Positions 26,137 through 40,020 of a DNA stretch of 64,000 nt are shown piece by piece. The DNA is from Octopus sinensis (Eukaryota): the NCBI RefSeq assembly GCF_006345805.1, contig NC_043007.1, positions 16,368,001-16,432,000 of the forward strand, read 5' to 3'. The position numbers and the translations under genes are program-made. The notes below the pieces were generated by a model. The model was not told the origin of the DNA and made no database searches. It was given only the letters and a program-made list of their open reading frames with translations. Numbering within the stretch: position 1 is the first letter of the stretch; each line of letters begins with the position of its first letter.

Positions 26137-27269
26137 TATCTTTTTTCTTTTTTTAATTGTCAGAAATTACAGTAATGGAATGGATATCTTAGGAAGAGTG
26201 TGTGATAGTTTTGAAATAGTTTGTTTGATTAAGTAAGTGATGGTATGTGTGTGTGTATGTGTGTGTGTGTGTGTGTGTGTACATGAGAGAGAGAAACAGG
26301 GTAACCAATAACATGTGTGCATACCTGTGTGTGAATGAGAGAAAGAGAAACGGTTTATGATAAAGTGTATGAGTGTGAGATAGCAATAGTGTGTGTGAGT
26401 GAGAAAGAGGTGTAATACAATATAAGGTTATGATACTGTATAATGTTGGTACAGCTGTTTAGCCCTAAGTCAGACCCAGAAAGACATATAATATACTCTA
26501 GATTACATTATCCACTCTGTCTTTTTTTAAAGCATATGGTGTAGTATGAGCGAGGGAGATTTGGCTGCTATTTCTAGCATGACCACCAATCACTTATAGA
26601 TATTTTTTTTCATTAACCCATGCTGCTTACCGTAGAGCAGCAGAACTTGGAATTTTTCATTCAATATCCACATGTTTCAAGTAGATCTTCATGTGCACTT
26701 AAATAGTAGAGGCTGGGGTGGTTGTACTGTTAAACTATATTTTAAAAAAAAACTACTTGTATGTAGGTCATGGATCCAAATCTGCTCTTAGCATTGCATG
26801 GATTTTTCTGGACAATCCACACCATTCAACATTTCTCCAGTTCACTTAACCTATTTCTTTACTACCCACAAGGGGCTAAACACAGAGGGGACAAACAAGG
26901 ACAGACAAGCGGATTAAGTCGATTACATCGACCCCAGTGCGTAACTGGTACTTTATTTATCGACCCCAAAAGGATGAAAAGCAAAGTCGTCCTCAGCAGA
27001 ATTTGAACTCAGAACGTAACGGCAGACGAAATACGGCTCCGCATTTCGCCCGCCATGCTAACGTTTCTGCCAGCTAACAGGAACTAGGTGTAAGTTCATA
27101 TGGAAGTGCACATAGCCTCTTTAAGCTTCACTCATATTATAAAGATTGAACAAATGAAGAAGCTTGGTCTGTTGAAAATAGCAGTTAAACCTCCCCTCAA
27201 TCACACTCTTCTGTCTTAAATCCTCCCCCCTCTGCCCCCATCAAAGAAAAAAAAACGAAACAATATATT

Positions 27270-27665
27270 CTCTTTCTCTTTTACTTGTTTCAGTCATTTG
27301 ACTGCGGCCATGCTGGAGCACCGCTTTTAGTCGAGCAACTCGACCCCAGGACTTATTCTTTGGAAGCCTAGTACTTATTCTATTGGTCTCTTTTGCCAAA
27401 CTGCTAAGTTACGGGGACGTAAACACACCAGCATCCATTGTCAAGCGATGTTGGGGGACAAACACAGATACATAAACATACACACATGCATACATATAAA
27501 TATATATATATATGATGGGCTTCTTTCAGTTTCCATCTACCAAATCCACTCACAAGGCTTTGGTCAGCCCGGGGCTATAGCAGAAGACACTTGCCCGAGG
27601 TGCCATACAGTGGGAATGAACCCGGAACCATGTGGTTGGTAAGCAAGCTACTAACCACACAGCCA
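27270..27665 (-). mobile_element. SINE family B, followed by a + strand copy at about 27715-28075
   Basis: Colinear with the other B copies; head-to-head pair. Confidence 0.8.
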
Positions 27666-28651
27666 CGATGCATTATGTCTCTCATTTGGGGCACATTTTT
27701 TTGGCGCAGACATAGCTCTATGGTAAGAAGTTTGCTTCCCAACCAGATGGTTCCAGGTTCAGTCCTATTGCATAGGACCTTGAGCATGTGTCTTCTGTTA
27801 TAGCTCCAGGCAAAAGCCTTGAGTGGATTTGGTTGACAGAAACTCAAAGAAGTCTATTGTATGTAAATATGTCTCTTTGTGTTTGTCCCCCGCCACCACT
27901 TGACAATGGGTATTGGTTCATTGACATGTCATTAACTTAGCAGTTCGGCAAAAGTGACCAACAGAATAAGCACCAGACTTAAAAGTAACAAGTACTGAGG
28001 TTGATTGTTTAACTGGACCCTTCAAAGCTGTGTCCCAGCACGACTGCAGTCTGATGACTTAAACAAGTAAAACATCAAGGGTAAAACAGATGTGATGGTC
28101 ACAGCTGGCTGGGAAGCCTTTGATCATAGGTTAATTCAATTGGACTTGTAGTTAAACAACGACCACCAAGATAACAACAGTAAAACTGCCCTGATTAAAT
28201 AATAACACTTAGGTCGTTAAATATTCTTCTTAGTCACTGAAAGATCTAATTATGCTGTAGAAAGAGAGAAAGAGAACAAAGAGAGCAAGAGACCATCTCA
28301 TATTTTTGCATTTTTTATTCAATATGATAGCAATATCTTCCGTTGTATTTAGTATTGTGTTTTAATGACTATGTGAAAAAGAGATTAACTTTACAAGCTA
28401 AAATGACACTTTTTCCCTCAGCCCGAGCCACATCAAAGTCTTTTATTGATTGCCTTATTTGGTTTTACGACTTGATAATGTCATCCTGTTTTTTTTCTTT
28501 TGGTATTGACTCAATTTATCAAATATAAATAGTAAACTGTATTTACTATGAAACATATTTCTTTGTTTTTCGTAAAGGCGATTAGGGTTTAATTAGACAT
28601 GAATGAGCCACCTCACAAGGTACATTTTGAGTCATATAATCAAGGTAGCTA

Positions 28652-28684
<33 letters not shown>

Positions 28685-28687
<3 letters not shown>

Positions 28688-28860
28688 CCAAACATGAACA
28701 AAGAGAAAACACAGCAATGTGAGGACGTGGAATAAGTACAGTGTTATTGGACGCTCAGGAAAGGAAAGAAAGAAGGAGGATTTCACATTTCGAGCGGAAC
28801 TCTTCGTCAGAAATATAAAGTCCAAAGAAGGGAAGATGGAGTAAAAAATCGAAATACACA
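28685..28860 (-). mobile_element. Penelope-like terminal repeat fragment with decayed hammerhead motif (28781-28814)
   Basis: Minus strand reads tttCTGACGAaGAGTtccGCTCGAAAtgtgaaa. Homologous to 30960-31125 in the opposite orientation. Ends at a (TA)n run. Confidence 0.55.
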
Positions 28861-28959
28861 CAAATATATATATATATATATATGCCTGTAAACTCCAGAT
28901 AGTGGCAGAGTGGTGCTTACACTTATCAAGTATTCACCCTAAATTTACAGTATATATAT

Positions 28960-30290
28960 ATATATATAACACACATACACACGCACACGTACACATACAC
29001 ACACACACACACACCTACATACATACATTACACTTGTATACACACACAATTACATTCATACACACACACACCTACACAGCCATACCCTCACTCAGACACA
29101 CACATCTACCTACACACACACAAACACACACGGACACACACCCATACATACATCTACACACACACGCCTACACACATACATACACACATACATAAACACA
29201 CACACATACACATATACACACATACGCACACACACATATACTTATACACATGCACACACACACATACATACATACACCATATACATACACACACCACTAC
29301 CCACATACTCCTATACGCACATACATACACACAGACATACACACATACACACTCACACAAACATACACACACACATACTTACACACACACTCACCTGCAC
29401 GCGCACACACATGCATGACAAACACCCATACACTCACACTCACATACGCACACACAAGATATAAACACGCACACGCACACGCACACACACACTACACTCC
29501 CACACACATACACACGCACCTACATACACACACGCACGCATACACACATACATTACACACGTACACACACACCTACATACACATGCATACACACACACAC
29601 ACAAACATGCACGGACACACCCAGACATACACACATACACCTATATACACACGCCCACACACCTACATACACACAATATACACACGCCCACACACCTACA
29701 TACCACACATACATACACACACATACACGGACACACCCATACATACTTACATACATACACTATACACACACGCCCACACACCTACATACACCACACATGC
29801 ATACAAACACACACACATGTACGCACACACACACACATATACGCACATACATATATACCCACACACATGCACACACACACACACACACGCACATGCATGC
29901 ACACGCGCACACCTACGCGCATACACACACACACACACGCACGTACACATACATACATACACACACGCATACATACACCCATACACATACATGCATCCTA
30001 CACACACATACATACACACTCACACATACATACACACTCACACATACATACACACACCTGTATGTACGCGCACACACATGCACATACACACACTTCCCCA
30101 CACCCACACATACATACATACACACTCACACACATACACACACACACACACACACGGACATACATCTATGCACACACATACATACACACATACTCACATA
30201 CATTCATCGGACACACTGCCACCCGGACATACACACAGACACACTCACACATCCACACACATACATACTTACGCACATACTCGCAGGCTT
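28960..30290. repeat. Degenerate (CA)n/(CATA)n array, about 1.3 kb
   Basis: Direct inspection; it explains the 481 aa H/T/Y ORF. Confidence 0.97.
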
Positions 30291-30959
30291 GCGCACGCAC
30301 GCGCTTGCGCCGGTTCGCATACGCTCCGCAGGCACCTCGCTCTTGGAACCGACAAGACCTCCCGCCCGTTCCTGGGACCGTCGCGTGTCGTTGGGTTTTC
30401 CCACGCCCGCCTCCGCGGGACCACTCTTCCATCTTCCCCTCAGCTGGAGTCCTTTTTCCTTAACCCACCCCCCTTTTTCGTTACACACGCGCGCACACAT
30501 ATACACACATTGCTTAAATATATACATTACTCTTACACACATTCAATCTACTCGCCATTTATACCACCACGACACTGGACACACACACACACTACTACTC
30601 AACAACGCTGGCACGCTACATACGCCCCACCCCTTCCCCTCCCTCCCTTCCTCCTTCCTTCTTTTCTTGCTACTGACCTTTGTCTGCTAAGCTGACTACT
30701 ATCTCGCCCTACCTCACACGCCTACACACAGACGCACACACTAACACACACATATATATCTTTTTGTTTTTTCATCTCGCCTCACACACACACATACACA
30801 CACGCACACACTCACACATACACACACATCTGTTGCGTTACCAACCTTGTCTCCACTCTTTTGCCTTTAAAAACCCACTTTGCTCTGTTTTCGTAAACAT
30901 CCGCCTTTCACCATGTGCAACTCGTAAACACCAGTCGTCTTTTTTCTCTTTCCCTGTTG

Positions 30960-31125
30960 CCCGCTCTGGGATCTTTCTTTCCTCTCTCTTCTTTCTTTAT
31001 GTTTCCGACGAAGAGCTCCGCTCGAAACGTCATACCTCCCTGCTTCCTTTTCCTGAGCGCCTATTAATAATAATACTGTAATTGTTCCATTGTTGTTGTT
31101 TTTTTGTTTCCCGTTTGGATTAAAA
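30960..31125 (+). mobile_element. Penelope-like terminal repeat fragment with decayed hammerhead motif (31001-31035)
   Basis: Reads gtttCCGACGAaGAGCtccGCTCGAAACGTCatac. Core U4 is changed to C; the 4-bp stem II is intact; ACGT palindrome present. Ends at (TA)n. Confidence 0.55.
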
Positions 31126-31989
31126 TTATATATATATATATATATATATATTTGTGTGTGTGTGTTGGTGTGTTTATATCTCTGTAACTTAGCAGTTCAG
31201 CAAAAGTAACTGATAGAATAAACACTAGGCTTACAAAGAATAAGTCCTGGGGTCGATTTGTTCAACTAAAGGTGGTGCTCCAGCATGGTCACTGGGAAAT
31301 GACTGATACGAGTAAAAGAATAATGATTCGTCAGAAAAGCTGGCATATTTGCGATGCAGGCACTCTGTATTTGTATCTGGTTTGGTGCCAGTTCTGTTGA
31401 TTAAACAGAATTATCACACAGACAATCAGTGCAGGAAACTGAACTGTGAGCCAACATATCAGTAGAACCTTCTTTTCAGTTACTGAACCAGAATAGTCTA
31501 ACAGCTAAACTTGCCTGCTACCTTTAAAGCACGAATTTCATGTCTTGAGAACTAAATCTTAGAACAACATGACCTTACAATAAGGAAAGGATAATCATCT
31601 CTAGAAATGTCAGTGAAATGTCTCACCCAGTTCTCGTTATCTCTGTCTTAATTGTACTTTAAGCCAAGCCAGTCACAGCTAACCTACCAAAAATAACATC
31701 ATTAAAAATTAAACTAAAATAATTGAGGGTTTAATTGCTGTTGTTTTGCTGTTTTTTGTTCTTACTTTTTCGGGAGGGAAAGCAGTACCCATTACCCTTC
31801 ACAGGTTTCTGAGACTGGTGACAGGGTGGGAGAAGGTTGGTGTCCTCAAACTACATGCTTTACAGCAGAGTGGAGTCCACTTGCAAAAGAATGGCTTTTG
31901 GCCTAAACACATGCAGTTGGGTGGACTTACCTAAAGACACCCAAAGTGCCAGTTGGTGGGTTTAATCCAGATAATGGATTAAGTCTACC

Positions 31990-32225
31990 CATTTCTTTAC
32001 TACCCACAAGGGGCTAAACACAGAGGGGACAAACAAGGACAGACAAACGGATTAAGTCGATTACCTCGACCCCCAGTGTGTAACTGGTACTTAATTTATT
32101 AACCCCGAAAGGATCAAAGGCAAAGTCGACCTCAGCGGAATTTGAACTCAGAACGTAATGACAGACGAAATACGGCTACGCATTTCGCCCGGCGTGCTAA
32201 CGTTTCTGCCAGCTCGCCGCTTTCA
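31990..32225 (-). mobile_element. SINE family C monomer
   Basis: 17-bp TSD aatggattaagtctacc at 31973-89 and 32226-42. Confidence 0.9.
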
Positions 32226-32580
32226 AATGGATTAAGTCTACCATCCTGGACCATCCTGGCTGAAAGTAATTGACCAGAGTTAACATCCTGAAATTGTACT
32301 CTGATGTATGTAAAGACCTAATCAGTGCAATAGCATAAAACTGTAATATAGTGCAGTAAAGGATGTTTTACTTGTTTCAGTCATTGGACTGCAGCCATGC
32401 TGGGGTGCCACCTTGAGGGGTTTACTTGAACAAATTGACCCTAGTGCTTATTTAAGTATAGTACTTATTCTATTAGCTTCTTTTGCCAGACTGCTGTGTT
32501 ATGGGGATGTAAACAAACCAACACTAGTTGTCAAGCTGTAGAATGATCACACACATTCTCATGGGCTTCCACACGCTTTC

Positions 32581-32813
32581 TTATTTCTTTACTACCCACT
32601 AGGGGCTAAACACAGAGAGGACAAACAAGGACAGACAAACGGATTAAGTCGATTATATCGACCCCAGTACATAACTGGTACTTATTTAATTGACCTCGAA
32701 AGAATGAAAGGCAAAGTCGACCTCGGCGGAATTTGAACTCAGAACGTAGCGACAGACGAACTACCACCTAAGCATTTTGCCTGGTGTGCTAACGATTCTG
32801 CCAGCTTGTTGCC
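32581..32813 (-). mobile_element. SINE family C monomer nested in a B-like SINE
   Basis: TSD ttccacac(g/a)ctttc at 32567-80 and 32814-27. Confidence 0.85.
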
Positions 32814-34929
32814 TTCCACACACTTTCTGTTTACCAAAGATACTTACTAGGTATCAGTTCGTCAGGGCTTTAGTTAAAGACACCTGCCCAAGATGCCACA
32901 CAATGGTGATTATGTCTTGTGCCTTCATCTTACCTCCAGTTCTGTGCTGTACTCTATCTATATCTACATCGGACCATTTCTGAACGGTTTCAGTAGAATA
33001 ACAGTTTGTCTGTGAGAAGAGGTCACTGGCCGCCGTTCAATTCATCTCTATTTCAGGAAAAAAGGGGCTCACTAAATGATCTCACACCACTCCATGACAA
33101 CTTTTTGCTGCATAGCATTGTCAATTCCAAGAAATAGTGAAAGAGAAAGACGTAGAGAGTGAGGTAGAGAGAGAATTTTTATAGGCAGACAGAGAAGGAG
33201 AAAGAAAGAAGAAAATCATCCCCAGCCCTTGATTTCACCTTATAAGGGTGAAAGTCAGACCTGTCTCTGGTGGGATTTGAACTCAAAGTATTGAGAGCTG
33301 AAATAAATATCACAAGGACTTTTATCTGACATTCTAATAATTCTGCCAATTCACAACCCTAGGGTGATAATATACAAGTGTACAATAGTCACATTGTTAT
33401 AATTTTAATGAGTAACGATGACTCTTAATCTCATTATTTCTATTTAAACTTTACTGCTTTGTTTCATAAGTAATATCCCAGCATGCAATGGTAACCAAGC
33501 AATTTAGGGTGTGGTTCTGAGTGAGATCTCACAACTGATTCAAGTAGGTTGGGATTCTACATTAATAGTGGTTTGTAATTGAGTGAATAGTGAGTGATAG
33601 GTTAATGGAAGCATATAGCCTAGTGGTTAGAAGGTGCGTGGCTTAGTGGTTAGTTGATCGTGAGTTCAATTCCCAGTGGCGTGTTGTGTCTTTGAGCAAG
33701 ACACTTTATTTCATATTGATCCAGTCCACTCAGCTGGAAAAAATAAGTAGTACCTGTATTTCAAAGGGCCAGCCTTGTCACGCTCTGTATCATGCTGAGT
33801 CTCCCTGAGAACTATGTTAGGGGTACACGTGTTTGTAGAGTGCTCAGCCACTTGCACGTTAATTTCACGAGGAAAGCTGTTCCATTGATCGTATCAGCTG
33901 GGACCCTCATCATCGTAACTGACCGAGTGCTCCTTTTTAGGGTGTTACACTCACGATCTTGTGAGCATGGTTTCAGTTCCTGCACTAGGCATTGTGTTGT
34001 GTTCTTGAGCAAAACACTTCATTTCACATTGCTTTCTTGTATTCAGTTGTAAATGAGTAACCCTACAATGGACTGGCAGCCTTTCCAGGGGGAATGTTGT
34101 GATCTCAGTCACTTGTATGTTATGGAAACCGAATGACCAGACCTATAAGTCTTAGGACCCAAATCAGTAATATCCAGTAAATCAAGGCGGTGAGCTGGCA
34201 GAAACATTAGCACGCTGGGCGAAATGCTTAGCAGTATTCCGCCGAGGTCGACTTTGCCTTTCATCTTTTTGGGATCGGTAAATTAAGTACCAGTTACACA
34301 CTGGGGATCGAAGTAATCGACTTAATCCCTTTGTATGTCCTTGTTTGTCCTCTCTGTGTTTAGCCCCTTGTGGGCAATAAAGAAATTAAAATCAGTAATA
34401 TCCAGGGGTTTAAGGATGCTGGTTGTTATTGAAAAATCCCAAATACCTAACAACCCTGAGAAACATCCACAACTGATGCAACCAGTTGCGTCACAAGACA
34501 ATGCATGGGAAAACTAGAATAGATATATTATTGTGTAATTGCAAGTAAGTTTACAGTGAAAGCACGTGGCTTAGTGGATCAGGTGTTGGATTCATGATCA
34601 TAAGATTGTAGTTTCAATTCCTGGACCGGGTGACACATTGTGTGCTTGAGCAAAACTTTCTATTTCACATTGCTCCAGTCCAGTCAGCTGGTAAAAGTGA
34701 GTTCTCTTGTAATGGGATTTGCATCCCATCCAGGGGAGAATATATATGCTAGAGAATCTGGAAAATCAATCCAGTGAGTCAATATGACTCAAGAAGAAGC
34801 TTTTTTTTTTATTTTTATAAGTATACTTAAAGTATGTCAAGTATTTTCTTGTTTCAAGTATATGTCAATATATCTCAGAACCCTTTTTTTCTTTACTAAT
34901 TACCACCTTATGAGTGGTTTGATTTATGA

Positions 34930-35262
34930 GACCCCCTTCAGTCATGACTGACCATGGGATTGCACCTAGGAAGTTACCCTCCGAGGCACAAGTCCGAGCA
35001 AGGTTGTTTATGGAAGACCAGCAGTCGCCCATGCATACCGGCCTCCCCTCTCCACGCCACCAGTGTTATCCAAGGGAAAGACAAAGGTCGATACAGCTTG
35101 GCACCTGTGACGTCGCAACTCATTTCTACAGCTGAGTGAACTGGAGCAACGTGAAATAAAGTGCCTTGCTCAAGAACACAACACGCAGCCCGGTCCGGGA
35201 TTTGAACTCACAACCTCACAATCGTAAGCTCGACACTCTAACCACTGAGTCATGTGCCTTCA
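34930..35262 (-). mobile_element. tRNA-derived SINE with CORE-like middle (family E)
   Basis: Head gtgaaggcacatgactcagtggttagag and CORE-like gtgttgtgttcttgagcaaggcactttatttcac...cagctgtagaaatgagt. Related copies lie at about 19140-19340, 21670-21950, 33600-34170 and 34555-34790. Confidence 0.75.
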
Positions 35263-35667
35263 CTGATTTGATTTATTCCCCCTCTTATCAAGATTTAGTC
35301 CTTCCATTCGACACATGGAGTGGAAACTGGATAGATATGCCACTTCAACAATTGCTATTGTATTTACTTGTTGATAACAAGTGGAGGTTAACACCTAAGC
35401 TATTTCAATTGCCTGAGTTTGTATACATGCATATATGCATATATATGCATGGGTGTGTGTGTGCAAATGTATATGTAGAGGACTTGAGAATTCTTTATCT
35501 CACTCATAAAACAATGTTGATTGTTCACAAGTTCTTTATCAATGTTAAATGAAGACTTCTGTTTTAGAGTATCTTTTTCTTCTGCCAGCACTGTTATCAC
35601 CACCACCACCACCATATATCCAGATCATGCTCTTAACTACTGCTTGTCTCATAGATATATATATATA

Positions 35668-36045
35668 GGCGTAGAAGTGGCTGTGTGGTAAGTAGCTTGT
35701 TTACAAACCACATGGCACCTTGGGCAAGTGTCTTCTATTATAGCCTCGGGCCGACCAAAGCCTTGTGAGTGGATTTGGTAGATGGAAACTGAAAGAAGCC
35801 CGTCGTATATATGTGTGTGTGTGTGTGTGTGTGTTTGTGCGTCTGTGTTTGTCTCTCCAACATCGCTTGACAATTGATGCTGGTATGTTTACGTCCCTGT
35901 AACTTAGTGGTTCGGCTAAAGAGACCAATAGAATAAGTACTAGGCTTACAAAGAATATGTCCTAGGGTCGACTTGCTTGACTAAAAAGGCGGTGCTCCAG
36001 CATGGCCACAGTCAAATGACTAAAACAAGTGAAAGTATAAAAGAA
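35668..36045 (+). mobile_element. SINE family B
   Basis: ggcgtagaagtggctgtgtggtaag ... gtcaaatgactaaaacaag. Confidence 0.8.
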
Positions 36046-38671
36046 TATATATATGTGTGTATGTGTGTGTGAATACATATTCATAGATATATGTACATAA
36101 ATACATGTTTTGTGCATGTATGTATATATATATCTCAAAGGAAAGCAGCTTCGCGTTTTACTTGCTATCTGACTAAAGACAGGTTTATCTATTACCTTGC
36201 TATCTGTCTCTAACCATCTTTTGCTAAAAGTTCTCAGTCTACAGACATACTGATGCTTTATTATATAATGCAGTGATAGTAGTATTGGTGAATTAATTGG
36301 GGGAAAAACTAAAACTTCAAGTTAACACTGATAGTGGTGGTAGTAGTATTTAGTAGTAGTTCTTCTTTAGTTCTTGTGAATCCTTATCAAGCAGACCTTT
36401 GATCAAAGACATTTCATCCATGACCATCACATCATTTTTTTTCCTTGGGGTAGAATCCAGGACTACATAATCCAGTGTGTCATTCTTTAAAATGCTGAGG
36501 CTTGATTTGAAGGAGATTTGGTTTACTATCTTTAGCGCTCGGAGTAACCACATAGAGGCTCCCTCATCGGCTGGTTGGTGTAACAGTAGTATTAGTTGTA
36601 GGTGTATAATAGTACCAGAAATAGAAACATAAAATTGGTACTACAGTTGTCTTTTGTGTATTAAGGCATGTTAAGTTGATGTAATGCTAGCGCTATTAAT
36701 AATAATAACAACAACAACAACAACAACAATAATTATGATGCTTATGTGTTTTTTTGACGTTGGCATAGGGCCAGAAATTGTTTGTGAGATAAGGATGTAA
36801 GTAATTTAATCTATTCCAGTATTTGACCGGTACTTTTTTTTATCAATTCTTCTCCCCTGAAAGTTTTGAAAAGCTAAGTTGACTGACAACATGGCTTGAT
36901 GGAAATGGATACATTAAGAAGCACACTATATTTGTTTATTCTGATTCTAATGTTTCTAGCATTGCACCCGCCCTATAATTATTTCTAATTTAGATGTTTA
37001 GGCACAAGGCCAACAGTTTCTGAGAAGAGGAGGGTTAGTTGATTGCATTCACCTAGTACATGCCTGGTACTGTATTTTATGGGTGCCCAAAGGAATGAAA
37101 GGCAAAGTTAACTTCTATCAGGTTTGAACTCGGAACTTAAAGGGTCAGAACTAATGTCACAAGGAAGGCACTTTGTCTGATGCTCAAGCAATTCCACCAA
37201 TCAAATGTCCATATAATAATCCTCTCTTTACTCTTTTACTTGTTTCAGTCATTTGACTGTGGCCATGCTGGAGCACCGCCTTTAGTTGATTGAGCCAATC
37301 GACCCCGGGACTTATTCTTTGTAAGCCTAGTACTTATTCTATCGGTCTCTTTTGCCGAACCGCTACGTTATGGGGACGTAAACACACCAGCATCAGTTGT
37401 CAAGCAATGGTGGGAGGGCAAACATATACACACACACATACACATATACACACACACACACATATATACGACAGGCTTCTTTCAGGGGTCGATTAGATAA
37501 GTACCAGTTACACACTGGGGTCAATATAATCGACTGAATCCTTTGTCTGTCCTTGTTTGTCCCCTCTGTGTGTAGCCCCTTCAGGGCAGTAAAGAAATAA
37601 GAATAATTACCAGATTTAAAAAAGGACTAAAATTCCTCCAGATGGTGCCCCAGCATGGCCACAATCTAATGACTGAAACAGGTAAAAGATAGATTATTTT
37701 CAAAATTAATTGAAACGAAGGTAGTGTATTTCCACTGAAATATGGTAACAAAAGTATGTTGATTGTCTCTCTATTACTGCTCTTTTTTGAGATATAAGGA
37801 ATATCTCTGCATGTAATGGCAACCAAGCAGTTTAGGATGTGGTTTCGAGATTCTACTGTTATTTCTGCTAATTCATGCAATTCAAACAACTATACTGGAG
37901 CTGCCTTTTATAATGGTAAATGTACTTTTTGAAAACTCGAGGTGTTCTCATATGAACTGGTGTTATATAGCTGTGTTTGGTATATCATATCATATGACCC
38001 TCTGGGGAAGCTTCTATGCAGTCATTTTCACAGCAAGAAATAGCAGATAATTCTTCATCAAATTATATGGAACCACCTTAAAAGAAGCGGAGAAAAACAG
38101 ATTTATACAGTATAGGCCCTAGTAGACATATATATAAAGGATTGTTGTTGCTGAAGTATCTTTCATTGTAGGTCTGGTCAGTCAGGGTTGACCTGGGCTA
38201 AATAAAACAAGAAAAAAACATACGTTTTCTGACATATACAGATATATGCATAGATGGTTGTTTGGTAGGTAGGTAGGTAGGTAGATATGAAGGAGACCAT
38301 CAGTAGGTAGTTGGTAGGTAGTAAAAATGTAGGCATGCAAATAGGTTGGTTGGTAGGTAAATATATATAGATAGTTAGGTAAAGCATATGAGTGTATGAA
38401 TGTGTGTATATGATATACTGTATGTATATATGTAGGCAGGTAAGCAGGTAGGTATGTATTTATGTAGCTCATTAAGTAATTATTTATTTTTTTTTTGTAA
38501 TTAATTCTTTAATTATTCAGTTTATTCTTATAGTTGATTTCCCAAGAGTAAGGAGTATTTACTGACTTTCAGAAGGTTGTACTTTTGCAATCTCCTGGGC
38601 ATGATCCTCTACATTATTGATATGGTGTGAAGTCGTTTTATAAACTTTGCTCGTCAATACAAGACTCCTCC

Positions 38672-39072
38672 CCAAGGTGGCGAGCTGGCAGAAATGTTAG
38701 CATGCCAGACGAAATGCTTAGCGGTATTTCATCTGCCGCTACGTTCTGAGTTCAAATTCCGCCGAGGTTGACTTTGCCTTACATCCTTTCGGGGTCGATA
38801 AATTAAGTACCAGTTATGCACTGGGGTCGATGTAATCGACTTAATCCGTTTGTCTGTTCTTGTTTGTCCCCTTCTGTGTTTAGCCCCTTGTGGGTAGTAA
38901 AGAAATAGGTATTTCGTCTGTCATTACGTTCTGAGTTCCAATTCGGCTGAGGTTGACTTTGCCTTTCATCCTTTCAGGGTCAATTAAATAAGTACCAGTT
39001 GCATACTGGGGTCGATCTAATCGACTGGTCCTCTCCCCCAACATTTCGGGCCTTGTGCCTAGAGTAGAAAAG
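38672..39072 (+). mobile_element. SINE family C, 2-unit form
   Basis: 16-bp TSD aatacaagactcctcc at 38656-71 and 39073-88. One head and two core units with different tails. Confidence 0.88.
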
Positions 39073-39368
39073 AATACAAGACTCCTCCTCTCCTGATAAT
39101 CTTCGTTCTTGAAATAATCCATTCAGTTATTGAGAGAAATGCTTCAGAGACCTCACCATCACCACTATCTTATATTACACATAAGATGAGGTGGGGCAAG
39201 TCGGTTACATCAACCCCAGTGCGCACCTGGTACTTATATGTTATCAATCCCTAAACGATAAAAGACAACATTGACCTCGTCAGCATTTAAACTCAGAAAG
39301 TAATACCAAAAGAAATGTCGCTAAGAATTTTGTTTTGGTTTGCTAAGGATTCTGCCAGCCCACAACCA

Positions 39369-39406
<38 letters not shown>

Positions 39407-39569
39407 TAATAATACTAACAAAGGTTAGGTGAGTTAGAGGTTAAAATAACTGTCTAATAACTACCGGTATATTATCTATGTTTAACCATGGGCATACATA
39501 TGCAAACATATTATGTTCATAAGTTATAGGTAAAGACAAGGATAAACATGGGTTTATCAAGAATCAAAT

Positions 39570-40020
39570 TATGAAGAAAACAGAAAATGAAAAAGTTCTG
39601 ATTAAAAACAATTGACTTACATCAATTGTTATTTATTAATTCAATGCAAGTAGTCTGCATCCCATCTAACAGCTGTTTCTGTTTCCAATGTATTGCCATT
39701 GATATTCAAAATATGTAAAAATATTAATCATATTTGGTAATAAAACCAGTCTGAAACAAGGAGCTTCATCAGTCCCATTTTCTTTTTTATGCTCTTCTTC
39801 TCTATTTATTCTTCACTCTAATGAAGCTCCTTGTTTCAGATCGGTTTTAGTACCAAATATGATTAATATTTTTACATATTTTGAATATCAATGGCAATAC
39901 ATTGGAAACAGAAACAGCTGTTAGATGGAATGCAGTCTGTTTGCATTGTATTAATAAATAATAATTGATGTTAGTCAATTGTTGTTAATCAGTACTTCTC
40001 CATTTTCTGTTTTCTTTATA
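39570..40020. repeat. Long inverted repeat: about 200-bp arms, 45-bp spacer
   Basis: 39570-39772 versus the reverse complement of 39818-40020: about 16 mismatches by eye, including a perfect run of about 78 bp. Confidence 0.93.

Noticed and set aside
29250-30695. 481-aa His/Thr/Tyr-rich ORF
   Set aside because: Translation of a degenerate (CA)n array.
36350-36553. 67-aa minus-strand ORF that looks protein-like
   Set aside because: Its start overlaps a dispersed repeat tail also seen at about 5050, 26560 and 59510; no recognisable motif.
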